Program-made: the position numbers and the translations under genes
In this document: positions 11,001 to 24,500 of the stretch, piece by piece
How positions within the stretch are numbered: the stretch's first letter is position 1
How the letters are laid out: the number at the start of each line of letters is the position of its first letter
Source: Klebsormidium nitens
Lineage: Eukaryota > Plantae > Klebsormidiophyceae
Assembly (NCBI GenBank): GCA_000708835.1
Contig: DF237544.1
Span: forward strand, 1-53,265
DNA length: 53,265 nucleotides
Direction of reading: 5' to 3'
Notes under the pieces: model-generated
Databases searched by the model: none
The model's input: only the letters and a program-made list of their open reading frames with translations
What the model was told of the DNA's origin: nothing

Positions 11001-12480
11001 CTCCTCACGGACTTATGCGGTACTCCACATTTCACTCCTGTTCTCACCTTCGTTTCTGCGGCCGCTGCAGCCTCCGCTCTGCTGACGACCGCCAGCGCCA
11101 GCTCCTCCTCCCGCGCGGCCGCCTCGCGGCTCTCGGCTTCCAGCGCGCGAATGGCTTCGTCCGCCGCCGACCGCAGGCCCGCGCGCGCGACTTCCACGTG
11201 GTTCAGGCGCGCTGCCAGCTCAGCGCGCTCGTGGCTCTGCGCCGCGACCTTGGTTTGCAGCTGCTCGATGTCCTGGAGCAGCCGCGCGTTCTCTGCGAGC
11301 GCGGTCTCCAGCGCAATCTGCTGCTGGACGAGGTCGACGGGGTGGGATGGAGACGCGGGCCCTGGAGTTGCCTGCTGAAGGATCAAGGAGATAAATCAGT
11401 ATCAAATAAAATTACCCAGGGTTTGCGGAATTGTTTTTTGCCATTTTTTCCATTATGGTGACCTTCAGTTCGGCTGTTGCATAACTATCAGCTACCTCTC
11501 GACCATGGCGCAAGCTTCTCCGTTTGCGTTTTATATAAGTTGTGCTTCAACTGCTCCTCGCCGGATCTGAGCACCAGCTTTGTTTGTCCAGGAACTGACA
11601 CGTAAGCATGATCTGGACTGGCTGCGTCCCCTTGACCGAGTCTTCCCTCGCTAATCTGCAATGACAGATCGAGCATGCGATGGAAGCTCTTCTGCAGGGC
11701 CTCAGAGCAACTTTCAAAAACACTTTACAGAAGTGCCACCAAGGCAGTCTCCCACCGTCACTCAAGCCGCTAGCCGTCTACCCACCTGCCGGTTATCCAT
11801 AACCTTGATTAACCAGCCCTGTCATGTTTGCCTAGCACAGCAAAGGATGCAAGCAGGGCCATCTGCTGACACCGAAACATGCAGGCACCACTACACTTCT
11901 GTGAACCGACTATTGACTTTCCCGTCGCCCTGACCCAGAATTGAGTCTGCAACGCGACTCTTGAAGCGCAATCTGGGCTGACGTATGAGGCGCACCTTCT
12001 GTTCCGTACCTGAGTTGTCGAGGCGCCCTTTTTCCCGACCGTCGCTCCTTCCTCTTGCGCAGCCACCCCGTTCGCGCTGCACAGTTTCTTGTTGCCCATC
12101 CGTCGCCCAGCGTGGCCGAACTCGAGCTCCCGCCTAGCGGGGGTGTCCTTGACGGGGGTGGGCTTGACGGGGGTGGGCTTGACGGGCGCGTGCTTGGCGG
12201 GGGTCTGCTTGGTGCTGAGGTTCTTAGGGGGGGGCTGCAGCTGCCTGAAGGGGTTTGCCCCTGCTCTCTCCACGCCTGTCCGAGGGGTCGACTTCTCCAC
12301 CGCCGATTTTGAGCGGTTCGAGGAGAGGGGAAGGCGGGAACCGGTGGGGCAGCGGGGCTGTTGGGGAGTGACCTCCGGGCGAGTGGGCTGGTAGGGGGGA
12401 GAGCGCGGTGCGTGGGCTCTAGTCAGGGGCGGCGAGGAGGTGAATCGGTTTGGCACGGGCGGTCTGATGGTGGACTGCAT
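5100..12480 (-). CDS. Multi-exon long coiled-coil protein CC-X with a Pro/basic N-terminus; function unknown; 3' end uncertain (may continue below 5100)
   Basis: Phase-compatible exons read by eye: 12010-12480, 11048-11374, 10460-10716, 9821-9977, 8974-9249, 8261-8629, 7838-7969, 7461-7622, 7109-7159, then small exons around 6732-6770 and 6430-6480 (uncertain), 6022-6063, 5740-5823 and 5100-5206. Ala/Glu/Arg-rich heptad-type sequence. No lesion seen in the exons resolved. Confidence 0.75.
12136..12210 (-). repeat. Five 15-bp tandem units encoding KQTPA-KHAPV-KPTPV-KPTPV-KDTPA in CC-X exon 1
   Basis: Plus-strand units include gacgggggtgggctt x2, gacgggcgcgtgctt and ggcgggggtctgctt. Confidence 0.9.
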
Positions 12481-12647
12481 GATTGTGGAAAAGAGGAACC
12501 TTAGGGCCTCTCAGGACCAAAGTCTGAGCGACAGGAGAACGAACCACACTGAAACGATGATTGCTGTCTCTACCGAGAAATGACACATTTCGATGGCAGT
12601 TTCCTTTTGTCCGCACTCTGCTAAGTCGGCTGTCACCCTGAGCCATG

Positions 12648-12660
12648 CCAGCTGTCAAAT
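12648..12660 (-). promoter_or_regulatory. Candidate conserved cis-element TTTGACAGCTGGC upstream of CC-X
   Basis: 12/13 match to TTTGACAGATGGC upstream of CC-Y, and ~170 bp from the CC-X ATG. Confidence 0.45.
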
Positions 12661-12849
12661 CTGCTTTGCAAAGAAAGAGAGTAGGAAAGAGGAGCAACTT
12701 TACCCTTGCTTCAAACGAATAGGGCCAAAAGGGTCTAAAGGAACTTCACGTGTTATTTGCGGCGATCTGTGTTTGGATTTATTTTGAGAGAATCCAAAAG
12801 AAGGGATTCTACTGGCTGTCGCCTGTTACCTCAAGACAGATAGTGAAGC

Positions 12850-15800
12850 CTTGCATGCAACTCAAGTGCAACTCGAGGTGCCGAAGCGTAACTAGCACCG
12901 TTTTTTGACCTTTCAAGATGAGAGGGCCTGTCTGGGAGGGTCTCTAGGCTGATGATACATTCTCAGTATGAAAGCCTGTCTCAAGAAGTGTCGGAAACTT
13001 CGAACTTTCGCTAGACTGCACAACACAACCCGAATGCTGACCTCCTTTTCAGGCGCTGGGGATACTTGGCTCCCCGTTGGTCTTCTTCCTGTGTAGCTCC
13101 TTCCACTTTCAAATCCTCCCCTGGCTGGCTGCTCCCGTGAGTGCGGCGACAGCAGGGGCTGCTTGTCCTCATCCTGGGTCTGGCATGAAAGAAATAGGTG
13201 TCACTGATTCACCTTCTTGATGCAAATGTTGACTTTCCATGGTTGACAGAGAAGAATTAAGAACGTGATGTGATAATCGAGGGTTTCTCGAAAAGTGTCC
13301 CAATATGATCCGGATGCGTGCTGATTGTCTGTAGCCTACGAAAGCACCATATCAAACTCGACTTAACCTGGGTGGCAAGACTTTCTCTTGATGCTTGTTA
13401 AACAAACATGACCCAGAACTCTGTCTACGAAGGTCGTGGAAGGCCCTATTGATTGGTTCTGACAAGGCAAGCCTTATGAAACCACCTATGCTTGATTCAT
13501 CAGGCAAGACATGCCTCAAGTGGGACAGTACAGGTGTCCTCTTGTCTGGCTTGATAATGACAGCTGTCCCTTCATCCTAGAAAGCCTCTGTCAAGCATGC
13601 TCTCAGGAAGTGTCAATGAAAGGAGCATTGCTTCTTCGCGTACTGCCAGCTGTCAAGGTGGACTTAGTAGACCAGAAACAATCCATCCTGCTTTTCATTC
13701 ACCTTGCCAACAAGAATTCTTGTGATCCGAAAACTCATACGGCGGAGCGCCAGCTGTCGTCTACATTGCCACACAATTCTTTTGGGTTACGTCCCCGAAG
13801 TGCCCCAACCTTCTCACAGCCTCTTTCTCAACCTGGTTTGGACTTCTTCCCACAAGCAGCTTTGAGGACGTTTTCCACTTACCCCCTTGCCAAAACCCTG
13901 CACCGCTGCTCGCATCCTGGACATGCCCTTCTTGAGGAAACCGACGGCCTTGCCTTGGTCCCGTCCATGAGTTGCAAGGGCCACTGGTGAAGCCATGCTC
14001 TGCCAATGATGTAAGGCATTGGTGAGAAGGGGCTTCAAAATCAAGCATGCAACATGCGGAAGTTTCCGCCCTAAGCTTCAGTGTTCTAGTCATGGCAAGC
14101 CATGGCACTGGCGACAATCAAAACAGGCATCTGATGACAACGGAGATCAACAATGCCAAAGTCTGTGTGCATTATCAAAAGGTGACGCCAACCGCTTGGA
14201 TTTCAGGAGTAGTATCACATGCTTCATGTCTGGAAGCAATGCCGTGAACAGTCATGGAAAAGCACTCATTTGCAAGCAAGCGCTCGTGCACATGGATAGA
14301 ACTCTACCTTGAGCCACACATCAGCCTCGAGGCCTGGCTCGCCATTTCTGCCCCCCATCCTCGGCGGCGACTCTTCTTGCTTTCAAAGGCAACTGTCTAT
14401 GTTCAAACCTCCTCAACGTCTCTCATCGGTATTGCGTTAGACGGGAGCAGTACTTGCCGTCTTTCAGCATGTCTTGGTCTTTAAATGCAGCATCCCGCTG
14501 CCAGCAGACCAGCGGTGAACAACTGCACCAACCCGTGGACAAGCTTCAGTTCAGGAAGACCAATGCTGTGGAATGGCAAAGCACATTTGCAGCCAACGCT
14601 CCTGCCTTCTTGCGCCTCAGCCGTGCTCTAAAACCTACTGTAGACATCATGATCAAACGCCTGGCGGGCGATATTGCTTGTTCTCCTGGACCAGCCCTGA
14701 ATCGAGCCGTTGCATGATCGTCAGGGCCAGGGATCCCTGATTAAACGACCGTTCAACGCCGGCACCTACTTTTGTCAAGAAGTAGCGCTTCAGGCTCGGG
14801 AAAAGCAGTGCTGACCGTCCAGCAATTGCTGTTGCCAAGGGCCTGTTTCTCAAGCAAAGCCTTCAAGACGGAGTGCGGCCGGGTTTTGTCACCGCATGCA
14901 TGTATGAGTGAAGTGCTGAGAGCTGGACAAGTCAGCATTCGACGTCGATATTTGCGGGGATCGAAACCTGGTTCACCTCCTGTCCCATTCAACCGCTCCG
15001 TACTTGCCGCGTCGAACCGTTGGTTGTATGGGGATCCCCATGGACTGATCAATTAGATCTGACGCTCCTGAGTCCGATGGCGGGATGAGCTGGCCAGTGT
15101 TTTGTTGCTTATCTTAGTGCTGGGGTCTCCAATGGCGCCCTTTGAAAGTGTCAATCACCAAAGGGAGAAGGAGACCTCTTGCAGAAGTCATTCTTCTACC
15201 CGGTTTCTGCTGACTCACATTGCTCACCACCATTAGACGATCCAACTTCAACCTTTGAAGACAGTTATGCTATGTTGCAGAGAGAACCGATTCCTGCAGT
15301 GGGCTAGTAGGTCTGGTGGCATCGCAGGTGTTAGATGAGATGAGGTGCTTTGATACAGTCCTTTCCCTGATCTTAGTCACTGAAGTGCATCAAGTCGATC
15401 CATCAAATTGAGGAAGCGATGGAAACAGGCCGTCTTTTCTGAACGAAAACCCCTTCAATTCAAAAGGATCTTGCAAGAGGAGTGAGCACAGGACGCAATC
15501 ATTGGAGAAGGTCCCCGAGGTTTCATCTTCCAGGAGCACAGATGGCTTCGACCAGACGGGAATCAGCCTGCACGAGGGTGGACACAGGGTTGAAGGTGCG
15601 CAAAACATAAACGTGTTGTGTCACTCGCATTGAATATTGCGGCTCTTGATGCTCATGACTAGTAACAACAAGCAGAGTGATGGTGCAGACTGTACAAAGA
15701 GACCCTTCCAGGACCCGAGTCTGGAGTGCTGCTTCACCACCGCCTCCGCAAGGCTCTGCCAGTCCTTGAGGCTCTCATCTTGGTCAATCCCCTATTGGAT

Positions 15801-16300
15801 TAAAAGTCCTCCCCATTCATATGGTTCAGAGTTGTTCTTGGCATTGTTCTTGCCTGCCTTTTGCGCATCCACTCAATACTGATTTGAGATTCACACCCTT
15901 TCGGTTGTGCAGGGCTTTGTCGCGGATGTCTTCGGAGGACAAAGTCAGGCTGGAAGACAGTCCCTCGGAAAAATAGTTAAGAAGGTCCCTGCAGCAACGA
16001 CGAACGTCTGTAGACTGGTGGACATCGCGGAGGTGAGCATGGTCACAATGGGAATCTGGATCTTTCGTTTCCATCCTACAAGAGATCTTCCACACCAGAT
16101 TAGAATTCCCGACCAACTTAACAGACGGATGATTTTGGATGGGAAATGCATGAAACAACACCTTTGTGACGAACAGCTGTCATCCACAATCGGTTATCAG
16201 GACAAAAGTTGACTTGGTCTGATATGATGACAGGTGTCGCCTCTGTTATCTTGGAGATCGTACATGGAGATGATGACAGGTGGCATGCAGACGTCGTCTT
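12850..16300 (-). mobile_element. Heavily decayed Ty1/Copia retrotransposon remnant (gag-integrase-RT-RNaseH order); boundaries approximate
   Basis: Broken-frame motifs on the minus strand: gag-like ALHNRKGVNLKSVLSGC...IDQDESLKD (~15770-15920), integrase-like PYNQ..AASTERLNGT..RRML (~14930-15030; cf. PYTPQQNGAAERLNRT), RT-like MLDFEAP (~14045), VQTRLRKRL and NVDD (13756-13767), RNaseH-like DLRRQSSGSCLF (~13405-13445). Many stops and frameshifts; no LTRs found. Confidence 0.6.
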
Positions 16301-19300
16301 GATGTAGCGTCTGTCCCTTGCTGATGCACAGTTTCAAGGGCCAAAATGCGCTCTTTCAATAGAAGCGAGAGACCACAATATGTTTTCAATGGTGCAGTGA
16401 CCTTCAAAGAAACCTATAGGGGGATGAGCAAATTGGAAGATTGGTATCCGGATCTTAGATATCAACAGAGGATCTTGATGTACATCAATGCTTGAATACC
16501 TTAAGAGATATGAGATCTTGACACTGCTTCTTGCATAGCAAAGACCCTCCATAGGAAACCCTCTACAGGAAGTTCTGTCTTCAACAAGAGGAAATTGCAG
16601 GTCTTGGTCGGCTTTAAGAAGATGCACGTCTAGAACACATCCCTTGCCTTTCACCAGGTGAAGAAGGGGCGGGAAGAAGCAGCAGAGACGGGGAACCAGT
16701 CAAGAATACCACGACAAAAGGTTTTGGACACGAGGCCTGCCTGGGGAAGCAGGCTGACACCTGGCAAGCAGGTCAGTGAAGCATGTGACTCCTCCAAAGT
16801 GCAGCTAAAGCTCCTGATTCCTTTACTCGAGACTACTCCCTTTCCAAGAGCTCAATGCTCTGGGCTATCATGCTGGCCTAAACCAACCGTGACTGGTAGC
16901 ATTATTGTGCTGACTATATAACTGATTGACGTCTGTCAAGCCGGATCCATAGAATTAGTGCATGTTTGACAGATGGCCTTCCTTCGCTTCAATTTTCACA
17001 TCTGATCAAGAACTGCTGAAACGAAATGCTGCTAGTAGAACTTTCAGAAAGGTACAGAAACAAGTGTACAGGAAAACCCTTTGAACAAGTGAGCTCGTCT
17101 ATGTCTAGCGCTTCACATATGGGGGTCAGCTTAGACTCTCTTGTCAACATGTCTTTCCAGTGCTCTCCTTCGAACCTCTACCAGCTTCAAGGTTTTCTTC
17201 TATCTGTCTTGCAGCACCAGCGCAGCCCGGTTCGCGTAGGCCCCCCAAGCCGCCCCATCAGAACCGCACCGTCCCCTCTCTTGCCGCCTGCATCGCAAGT
17301 CTCGCTCCCCTTTCAACGCGGTCAGGCTCAGGGAACGACTGCACCCTCGTTGGCTCCCCAAGGCCCTCGCCGAACGCAGGGAGCAGCAATCCCCGCAGGA
17401 ACAGCCCCCCCCGTAAAAAGGAGTCTCTTTTTCGCGCCAGCGCTGACATCGGGGCAAGGAGAGGATCGAGTCGAGGGGGCGGTTGCAGCAATGGTGTCGA
17501 CAGACAACAGACACGCGAGGGCGAGGAGAGGAGAGGACCCGATAGCGACACCACAGAAGGAACAGGTAAACAAGCAATGAAAACGTTTCTACTCTGAAAT
17601 GCAGACGTGCTTGGGGTGACCGGGGTGCTCGCTGCTTGTTGTGCCGGGATGACAGATGGAGTCGCTTGATGATGATGTGGCGGCAACAGCTGCAGAATGC
17701 GGGCGCTTGTTTCCAACTTTAAACTCTGTCTGCGAATTGTTTGACGAGCCAAGTGATTCCTGCGCGCATGCCAAAACCCCAACAAAGCGGTGTCTGAAGG
17801 TTAGATCAGGTTTGGGCCAGTCATGATGAACGCTTTTTACCAGGCTGAAAGCGCTTTCGGAGCGCGCTTACTCGATGCCGCAACAAGAGACGGTCGCAAA
17901 CATATGGGGAGTGCGCCGTCCGACCACAATTTCGCGACTGATCCATTTTTTCCATCTCTATCTACAGACCAGCTTGGTCGCCCCCCCATCTCCCCGCTCG
18001 CCGCTCAACTTCTCCGAGTTCCACTCCGAGAGCTACATCGCCGACTCCGACGCCCCCAAGGTCTCTGCGGTCGCGCCGCAGACGGCACTGGAGCCAGATG
18101 CTGACATCAAGTACCGCGCGCCCCTGGAGGCGAAGCTCGCGCAGTCGCAGGCGGAGCGGGCCACGCTGCAGGCGGCCCTGGAGAAGGTGGAGCGCGGTCT
18201 GGACGGGGAGCGCCGTGCAAGAGTCGCCCTGGAGGAAGGGTTTTCGTGCGCGCTCCAAGGGAGTGTGAAGACGGCGGAGGCCGCGGAGGCGGAGGTGAGA
18301 GCGGCGGAGGATCTTCGTTGGTGAACAGGAGGGGTAGGTTTGGGTTGCGTCACATCGGAACTTTCACGAATTCTTGTTGATGAGACATGTGCTGTCTGCT
18401 CTTCATGGTTTCAGCATTGATTGTGATCTCCAACAAAAGTGTCTAGTCAGTTTGGCCAAGAGCAGGTTTTGGTAGCAACACATAGCGGGTGGTTGACAGG
18501 CATGGTCTCTTGGTCAAGATAGAAAGGAGCCGTTTCGGAGTGGCTTAGAAGCAATCAGCTCTTTCTTGCTGGGCAAATGATCGTAACAGAGGCATGACGC
18601 TCTGCTGAGAGCTTCGTAACACGCTTCGGAGAAAGCTCACGGAAGGTCTGGATTGTCATGAGCTGCCTGCACAGATCGCTCACCTATCAAACGCTTTGGT
18701 CACGTAAGAAAAGGGACCTAAAGTTCTCCTTAAGACAAAGTGTATTCGGATTTGCAGGCGCAAGAGGCGCGGCGCTCCCTGGCCGGGCGCATCATCCAAC
18801 TCCAAGAGGCCCAGTCTGCAATAGCCGAAGGTAAGAGGGCTTTGGCCGGATCGAGAATTTCTTACCAAATGCATTTTACCACCAGAAAGGTACCGCAAGT
18901 AAGTTCAGAATCTGGTGTGATCAAGAATTTTATAGTTGTTCGTCACCAGATTTAGGAAGACCAAACGCTGGGTTCAGAGAAAGCCCACAGAATATATATG
19001 CTTCGTCTTTTCGGGGCACTCATTGCAGCAGCCACTGGAATGAGTTTGACGGAAGAGGGAAGGAGGGATTCGAGTCTTGTCGCTTTCGAAAAGCTCATCT
19101 CGTCAAAAGTTTTTTTTACGAAAGTCTTTGCAATTTTCAATTGCTGCTTAGCCGCCCGCTGAATGCTTTGCACGTCGAGCAAGTTGATAGACCGCTGAGG
19201 GGTGTGTTCCCTACTTTGTAGCGACCAACGAGCGGGTCGTAGCGGAGGCGCATGCGCAGGCCGCGCGCGAAGCGCTGGAGAGGGCGCGCGCGGAGCTGAG

Positions 19301-21502
19301 CATCGCGGCGGCTGAAAAGGAGGAGGCGCAGATGCGCGCGCGGACGGAGACGCTCAAGCGCCAGGAGGTGGAGGCACGGGTAAGCTATATTGATAGGTAG
19401 TTCTTTCTTTTGCGTGCGCAATGTGAGCCACTGAGGCGAATCTGTGCTGGTGTAGGATTCGATTAGACTCCGTTGACACGGTGCGAATCATGGAACGATC
19501 AATTGCCAAACCCAATTCCTGCAGGATATTCTTGAAAGAAGCTCTGGAGTTGCTTTTACTTGGAAAATGCAGAGCATAGCACTGGAAGGCCCATACGTGA
19601 GGGTTGATTTATAAAAGGACTGTTCGACTCGTCCCTTTGTGGGCGAAGTGCGTTCACACACCGTCATGCTTGACTGTGCACGCACCACTTCTTTCTGATT
19701 GTCTCGTGCATACTGCTGTTTATTCCTCGAACAACGAGCGACTTTTCAGCTGGCAACCGTCAGATTCCTGCCCATCAACAAATGCGTACTGCACCTGTCC
19801 AAAAGAAAGAGAGGACAACCCACAGAAAATAAGTTCAACGACGTTGTTCCCTGGCGTCATCAGAACGCCCTCTGACGTCATCAAAACGCGCTACTAGTCT
19901 ACTCTGCGTTCAGGTCGAGATCATAGCCCGCGAGTGCACGGCTTTGCGCGCGTCCGTGACGGAAAAGCAGGCAGCACGGACGGCCGCGGCAGAGGAAGCG
20001 GAGTGGGGGCGCAGGCGCGCGAGCGAGGACGCCGGCGTGACGCTGCAGGCGGCCGCCGAGACCGTTGCGCGGCTGGAAGGAGAGCTGTCCCGTGCGCGGA
20101 GCGACGCGGCGGCCGCGGCGCGCGGGCTGGTGGAGGAGACGGACAAGCTGGACGCCGAGACGGCTAAGGTAAAATCCAGAGATCTAGGAGTAGCTCAGGC
20201 GGTCATGTGGCAGGCAGCTTCAGGTCCCTTTGAAAAGGTTGAGAGTCCGAGAGGTGGCACTATGCCAATCCAGTAGTGATCTTTTGTAACCTCCAAATCG
20301 TCCGTTGTCCTTTGTAGCGGTGTTCCATCTCTGTTCGTCGACAAAGGGCATTGGCGCTGTTCTCAATAAACTTTGTGCCTTTGAGACTCGCGCATCTCTT
20401 TCCTCCTCCCATCCGCTTGAAGTGCGTCATGTTCATCGAAACATCACTTCTTTGGTTTTACGTTGTTTACCACTAGTTTCTCCATTTCTAACCATCGTCA
20501 TTTCGGCTTTGTAGGCCGAAGCGCTTGCCACTCAGCTCGAGCAAGCCCGGTTTGTCAGCCTCCAGTCTCACAACGACGCCGTCGCAGCCGCGACCAAGGA
20601 GCGCGCGTCGGCCCGGGCGCTCGTCGCCGAGGCAGAGGGGCGGCTCGCTGCGGACAGGCGGGCGGCCGCCGCAGAGAAGCAAGTCGCGGAGGTGCGCGGA
20701 ATGATTCTTTCGTTCGAACATGTTAAGAGATTATTGCATACACCTGGACTTTGAAGAGTGAGAGAAACCTTCAGGATTATCAAATCGCTCCGTTGTTCGT
20801 GCTTGCTTATCAAGGCGGGAACACGTTTCAGAGGAATTATTTGAGCATTAGCCTCTTCAAGAGGAAGTGGAAACTGGTGAACGGTGTTCAGATTTTCAAT
20901 CACCCATGACGTATCACAAACGCAGAGGTCACGAGCACACCAGCCGAAGAAAAGCATGCCAACCTTGCTTGCAACAGCACCAACAAAACCTTGGGAGTTT
21001 TCCAACACTTTTCCCAGAGCTAGAGGTATCAAGATCGAGTCTTATGTTACAGTCTTTTGATAACTGCTCTTGTGGCGTTTGTTGATAAACTCACCTCTTA
21101 ATGATCTTTCCAGATAGAGCATTGGATGCACAAAACGAAAGATTTCTGCAACTTCGGAAGCGCGCCGCCTGAAGGCTCACCACAACCTACAGCGTTACGT
21201 ACTTCGTTTTGATGTCAATTCTCCTCAAATTTAGTCCCAAATTTGGAAGTTCGGTTCCGCCTCTCGTCTTTTGTCCGCGCTCCCAACAGCCCTGACGCTG
21301 TTTTGAACGTTCCGGCCGCCCACTTCCGCAGGAGAGCGCGCAACGGAAGCTCGCGGAATGCAAGCTGAACGAGGCGGCCTCGAGGTGCGAAGCGGCGGAG
21401 TCGGAGTCGAGCGTGGCGAATGCGCGCGCCCAAAAAGCGGAGCTGCAGCGGGAGGAGGCGCGGAAGCAGCTCATGCACCAGGTCAGGACCGGACGTAACG
21501 CC
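15000..21502 (+). repeat. Segmental duplication copy 1 (Copia remnant, promoter and 5' half of CC-Y), homologous to ~29635-37422
   Basis: Alignable exons and introns, e.g. 19440-19900 vs 34100-34580. Similarity ends at the shared string gtcaggaccggacgtaacgcc. Confidence 0.85.
16965..16977 (+). promoter_or_regulatory. Candidate conserved cis-element TTTGACAGATGGC upstream of CC-Y
   Basis: About 170 bp upstream of ATG 17149; counterparts lie upstream of CC-X and CC-Z. Confidence 0.45.
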
Positions 21503-24500
21503 GACTGCCTCTCTGTGTGACGTTACGTGAACATCCCCGTTGTTGCGTCTTCCAGAATATAGCTTCGACTTGAGCCTACTCTACAGGAGGAGAAAATACT
21601 CTGTATCAGACAAATTGCGACTTTCACAGATTGTGAGTCCGAGTTCGTCTTTCAAACATTCAATTTACTTGTACGTCAGGAGCTCTGCGGGACTTTTATC
21701 TTCACGATGAGGATCTCACGATCACCATACATAGGTCATTTCCTCGGCTTGTTGCTCATTGACCAACCTAGCTTTCTGCTTGCGCTACGTGTCGGTGTCT
21801 GCAGGCGACCTCGAATGCCCAGTCCCTGTTGCGTCCACCTCCCCCGTCACCGATCGCAAGCGACCCACGCGGCGCGTCAAATGGGCGACGAGACGGCTGC
21901 CGGAGAATTTCTTCAGCGTTACTGACACTCCGTCTTGTTGTCCACCGTCATTGCAGGTCCAGGCGACGCAGGCCGCGGAAACCGCGGCCGCTGTGCACGA
22001 GGCGGACCTCCGCTTCCAGCTCACCAACGCCACATCCGCGAGCGCCACGTGGCAGGCCGACGTGTACCGGCTGGATGCGTTGCTGGCGGCGGCGGAGTCG
22101 CAGCAGAAGGAGCTGACGGAACGGAAGGCGGCCTTGGAACGCCGTCTCGCGCAGTTGAAGAAGCAGGCTGACGCGGCCGCGGGCGGAGAGAGACGCGCTA
22201 TGGAGGAGGCGGCCGCGGCGCGGGAGGAGGCGGCCGCGGCGCGGGAGGAGGCGGCCGTGGCACGACAGGAAACGGCCGCGGCACGACGGGAGGCGGCCGC
22301 GGCGCGGCAGGAAGCGGAGGCGGCGGCGCAGCGGGAGGCGGCGCTCAAGGCTGCATACGAGCAGCTGCAGTCGGAGGTAAGGATGGGCGCTAATAGATAT
22401 GAAAGATGTACTCGGCCGATTGCGTGCTCGACATTTTGAAAAGGTAGACGATGTCCGGAAAGTCTTATGGGGGCTATTTGAGTGTCGAAGGTCGGAATAC
22501 AGCAGTTCTGAACGGTAGACGCAGAGCATCAATTGCGCGGTCGGTCTCCTCTCGGAGGGGCAACGATTGTGGATAAAAAGCGAGCTCTTTCAGTACTCCT
22601 GTTCTGCTGCAAGTTTTTCGATCCCTCGTCCTCTTGTACCCCGCTCATATTTGCAGGCGCTCAGCATCTCATGCAAACCTTCTGAAAGTTTGAAGTGTCA
22701 CGAGTACATCTGTTTTGGCTGCTCCTGTTGATCATTGTTGGGAGCCGTCGCTGTGATTTCTCATTTCTACTGCGAGCGTAGGTCTCTCACCTTATCCGAT
22801 CAATTCTTTGATTGCTTCTTGCCATACAGATGATAGCGTCTGGGACCGTTTGATTGAAACTTTGTCAAGAAAGCGAATCCACAATGGTCAGCCCTCAGAG
22901 AAGCTAGGATTAGAGCTTGCTTACGGCACACATGCTGGTTCTGTCGCCTGTCGTCGTCTTAGATGCAGAGAGACGCAAATGATGCGAATGCGTTCCTTTG
23001 TCTGTAGTTGCGCGCTGCCCTGGCCGCGTCCGAAGAGAGCGCCACCACTCTTCGGGCCGAGCTCGATCAGGCCAACGCCACGTGGCAAGCGGAGCGCGTG
23101 CGAATCCAGGCGGAGCGGGACGAGGCCCTGTCAAATCATTGCAGCGGCCTGTCCGGCGGGCGCCACGTGGCGGGGCCAGATGCAGCGCCTGTCAGGGGAG
23201 CTGGCTGCGGTGGAAATGGAGAGGGAGGAGTTCCGAGAGGCCATTGACGCCCTGGACGAGCGGCTGACTGAGGCGGGGCGGGCCGAAGAGGCCGAAGCGG
23301 CGGCGGAACGGGAAGCAGAAATGGAGCGCAGCGTCGCGAGATTACAGTCGGAGGTGAGCGTATGATCGCTCCGGCAGATAAAGATGAAGCCTGGATCTGA
23401 CTCCTTGAAGAGTCAAGCGGACATTCCAGAGGGAACGATAAGGAGACTGATAGCCTGACAGTGTCACGGAAGCTCAACCAGACTTAAAAACGAACTACAA
23501 AGCCTCTTCCAGCTTGCTCTAGGGCTTGTTTTATTTTCTTCATCGTTGTCTTGTGGCCTCGAGCTTTCTCGAGGCATGCGATTGCTGTTGATAGACTTGA
23601 CCGACAACGAAAGGAAGCGGAGACTCACCGCCTGAATACATGACTATCGTCGAGCCGCATATGTTTGACTTCTGCAGTACCCTTGACGCTTCCATGTCGA
23701 CAAAGTTTTTATCCTTGTGCCTATGCAGGTCGCCGCGCTGAAGCGGGACCTGGAGCAGGCCCGGGGACAGGCGCCGGGGGCCTCTGCCAAGAAGACGATC
23801 GCAGATCTCCACCGCAGCATCGACGGCATCAAGCAAAAGCTTGCACAAGCCGAGGTGAGGACGAGCTTCGTATAATTAATGTCGTGCCGAGATCACCAAG
23901 ACCATCTCGACTTGCTTGATAAGCTACGTAAGGTACTGACGTGAGGTTAAAGCAAGCCTGATTTAGGTCGACTCAATGTTCTGTTCAGTTGGCACGTCAA
24001 CAACACTTCGGAATGAGCCACTCGTGGATGTCTCCAAATCAACGCCGTGATAAGCGAGTTTTCTTGAACGGCTTCACGGATGTGTTTTTCCATCATTCAT
24101 GCATGCATGCCCCAGATTGCGGCTGCTGACCTTTAGGTCTCTCTACCGTGCAGAGGGAAAAGGCTGAGATCGCGGACCAGGTTTACAAGTTGATGGGTGA
24201 GACTGCGGCGGAGCAGCGGCGGTTGCACAAGGAGGCGATGGCAGAGGCAGCGCGCACCGCCGCCCAGACTGCTGCCAAGCTTAATACCGACCTGGAGTTC
24301 GCAAAAGCCAAGATGCGAAGCCTGACGAAGAGCCAGGAGATTCTGGAAGAGGTAGGCCGACCTGAAGTTCCCGAGTCCGCTCCATTGTCATGCGTCTTTT
24401 GCGGATTCAACAAAAGGCTGAATGAATTCTACAAGGAAGTTTGGTGGGTGCTGTACATCTCCGTCTTATGACCGGGCCGCTGGCATCCCGTGTGGTGGAG

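Noticed and set aside
22203-22328. CRISPR-like array
   Set aside because: Contiguous in-frame coding repeats without spacers, in a eukaryotic gene.
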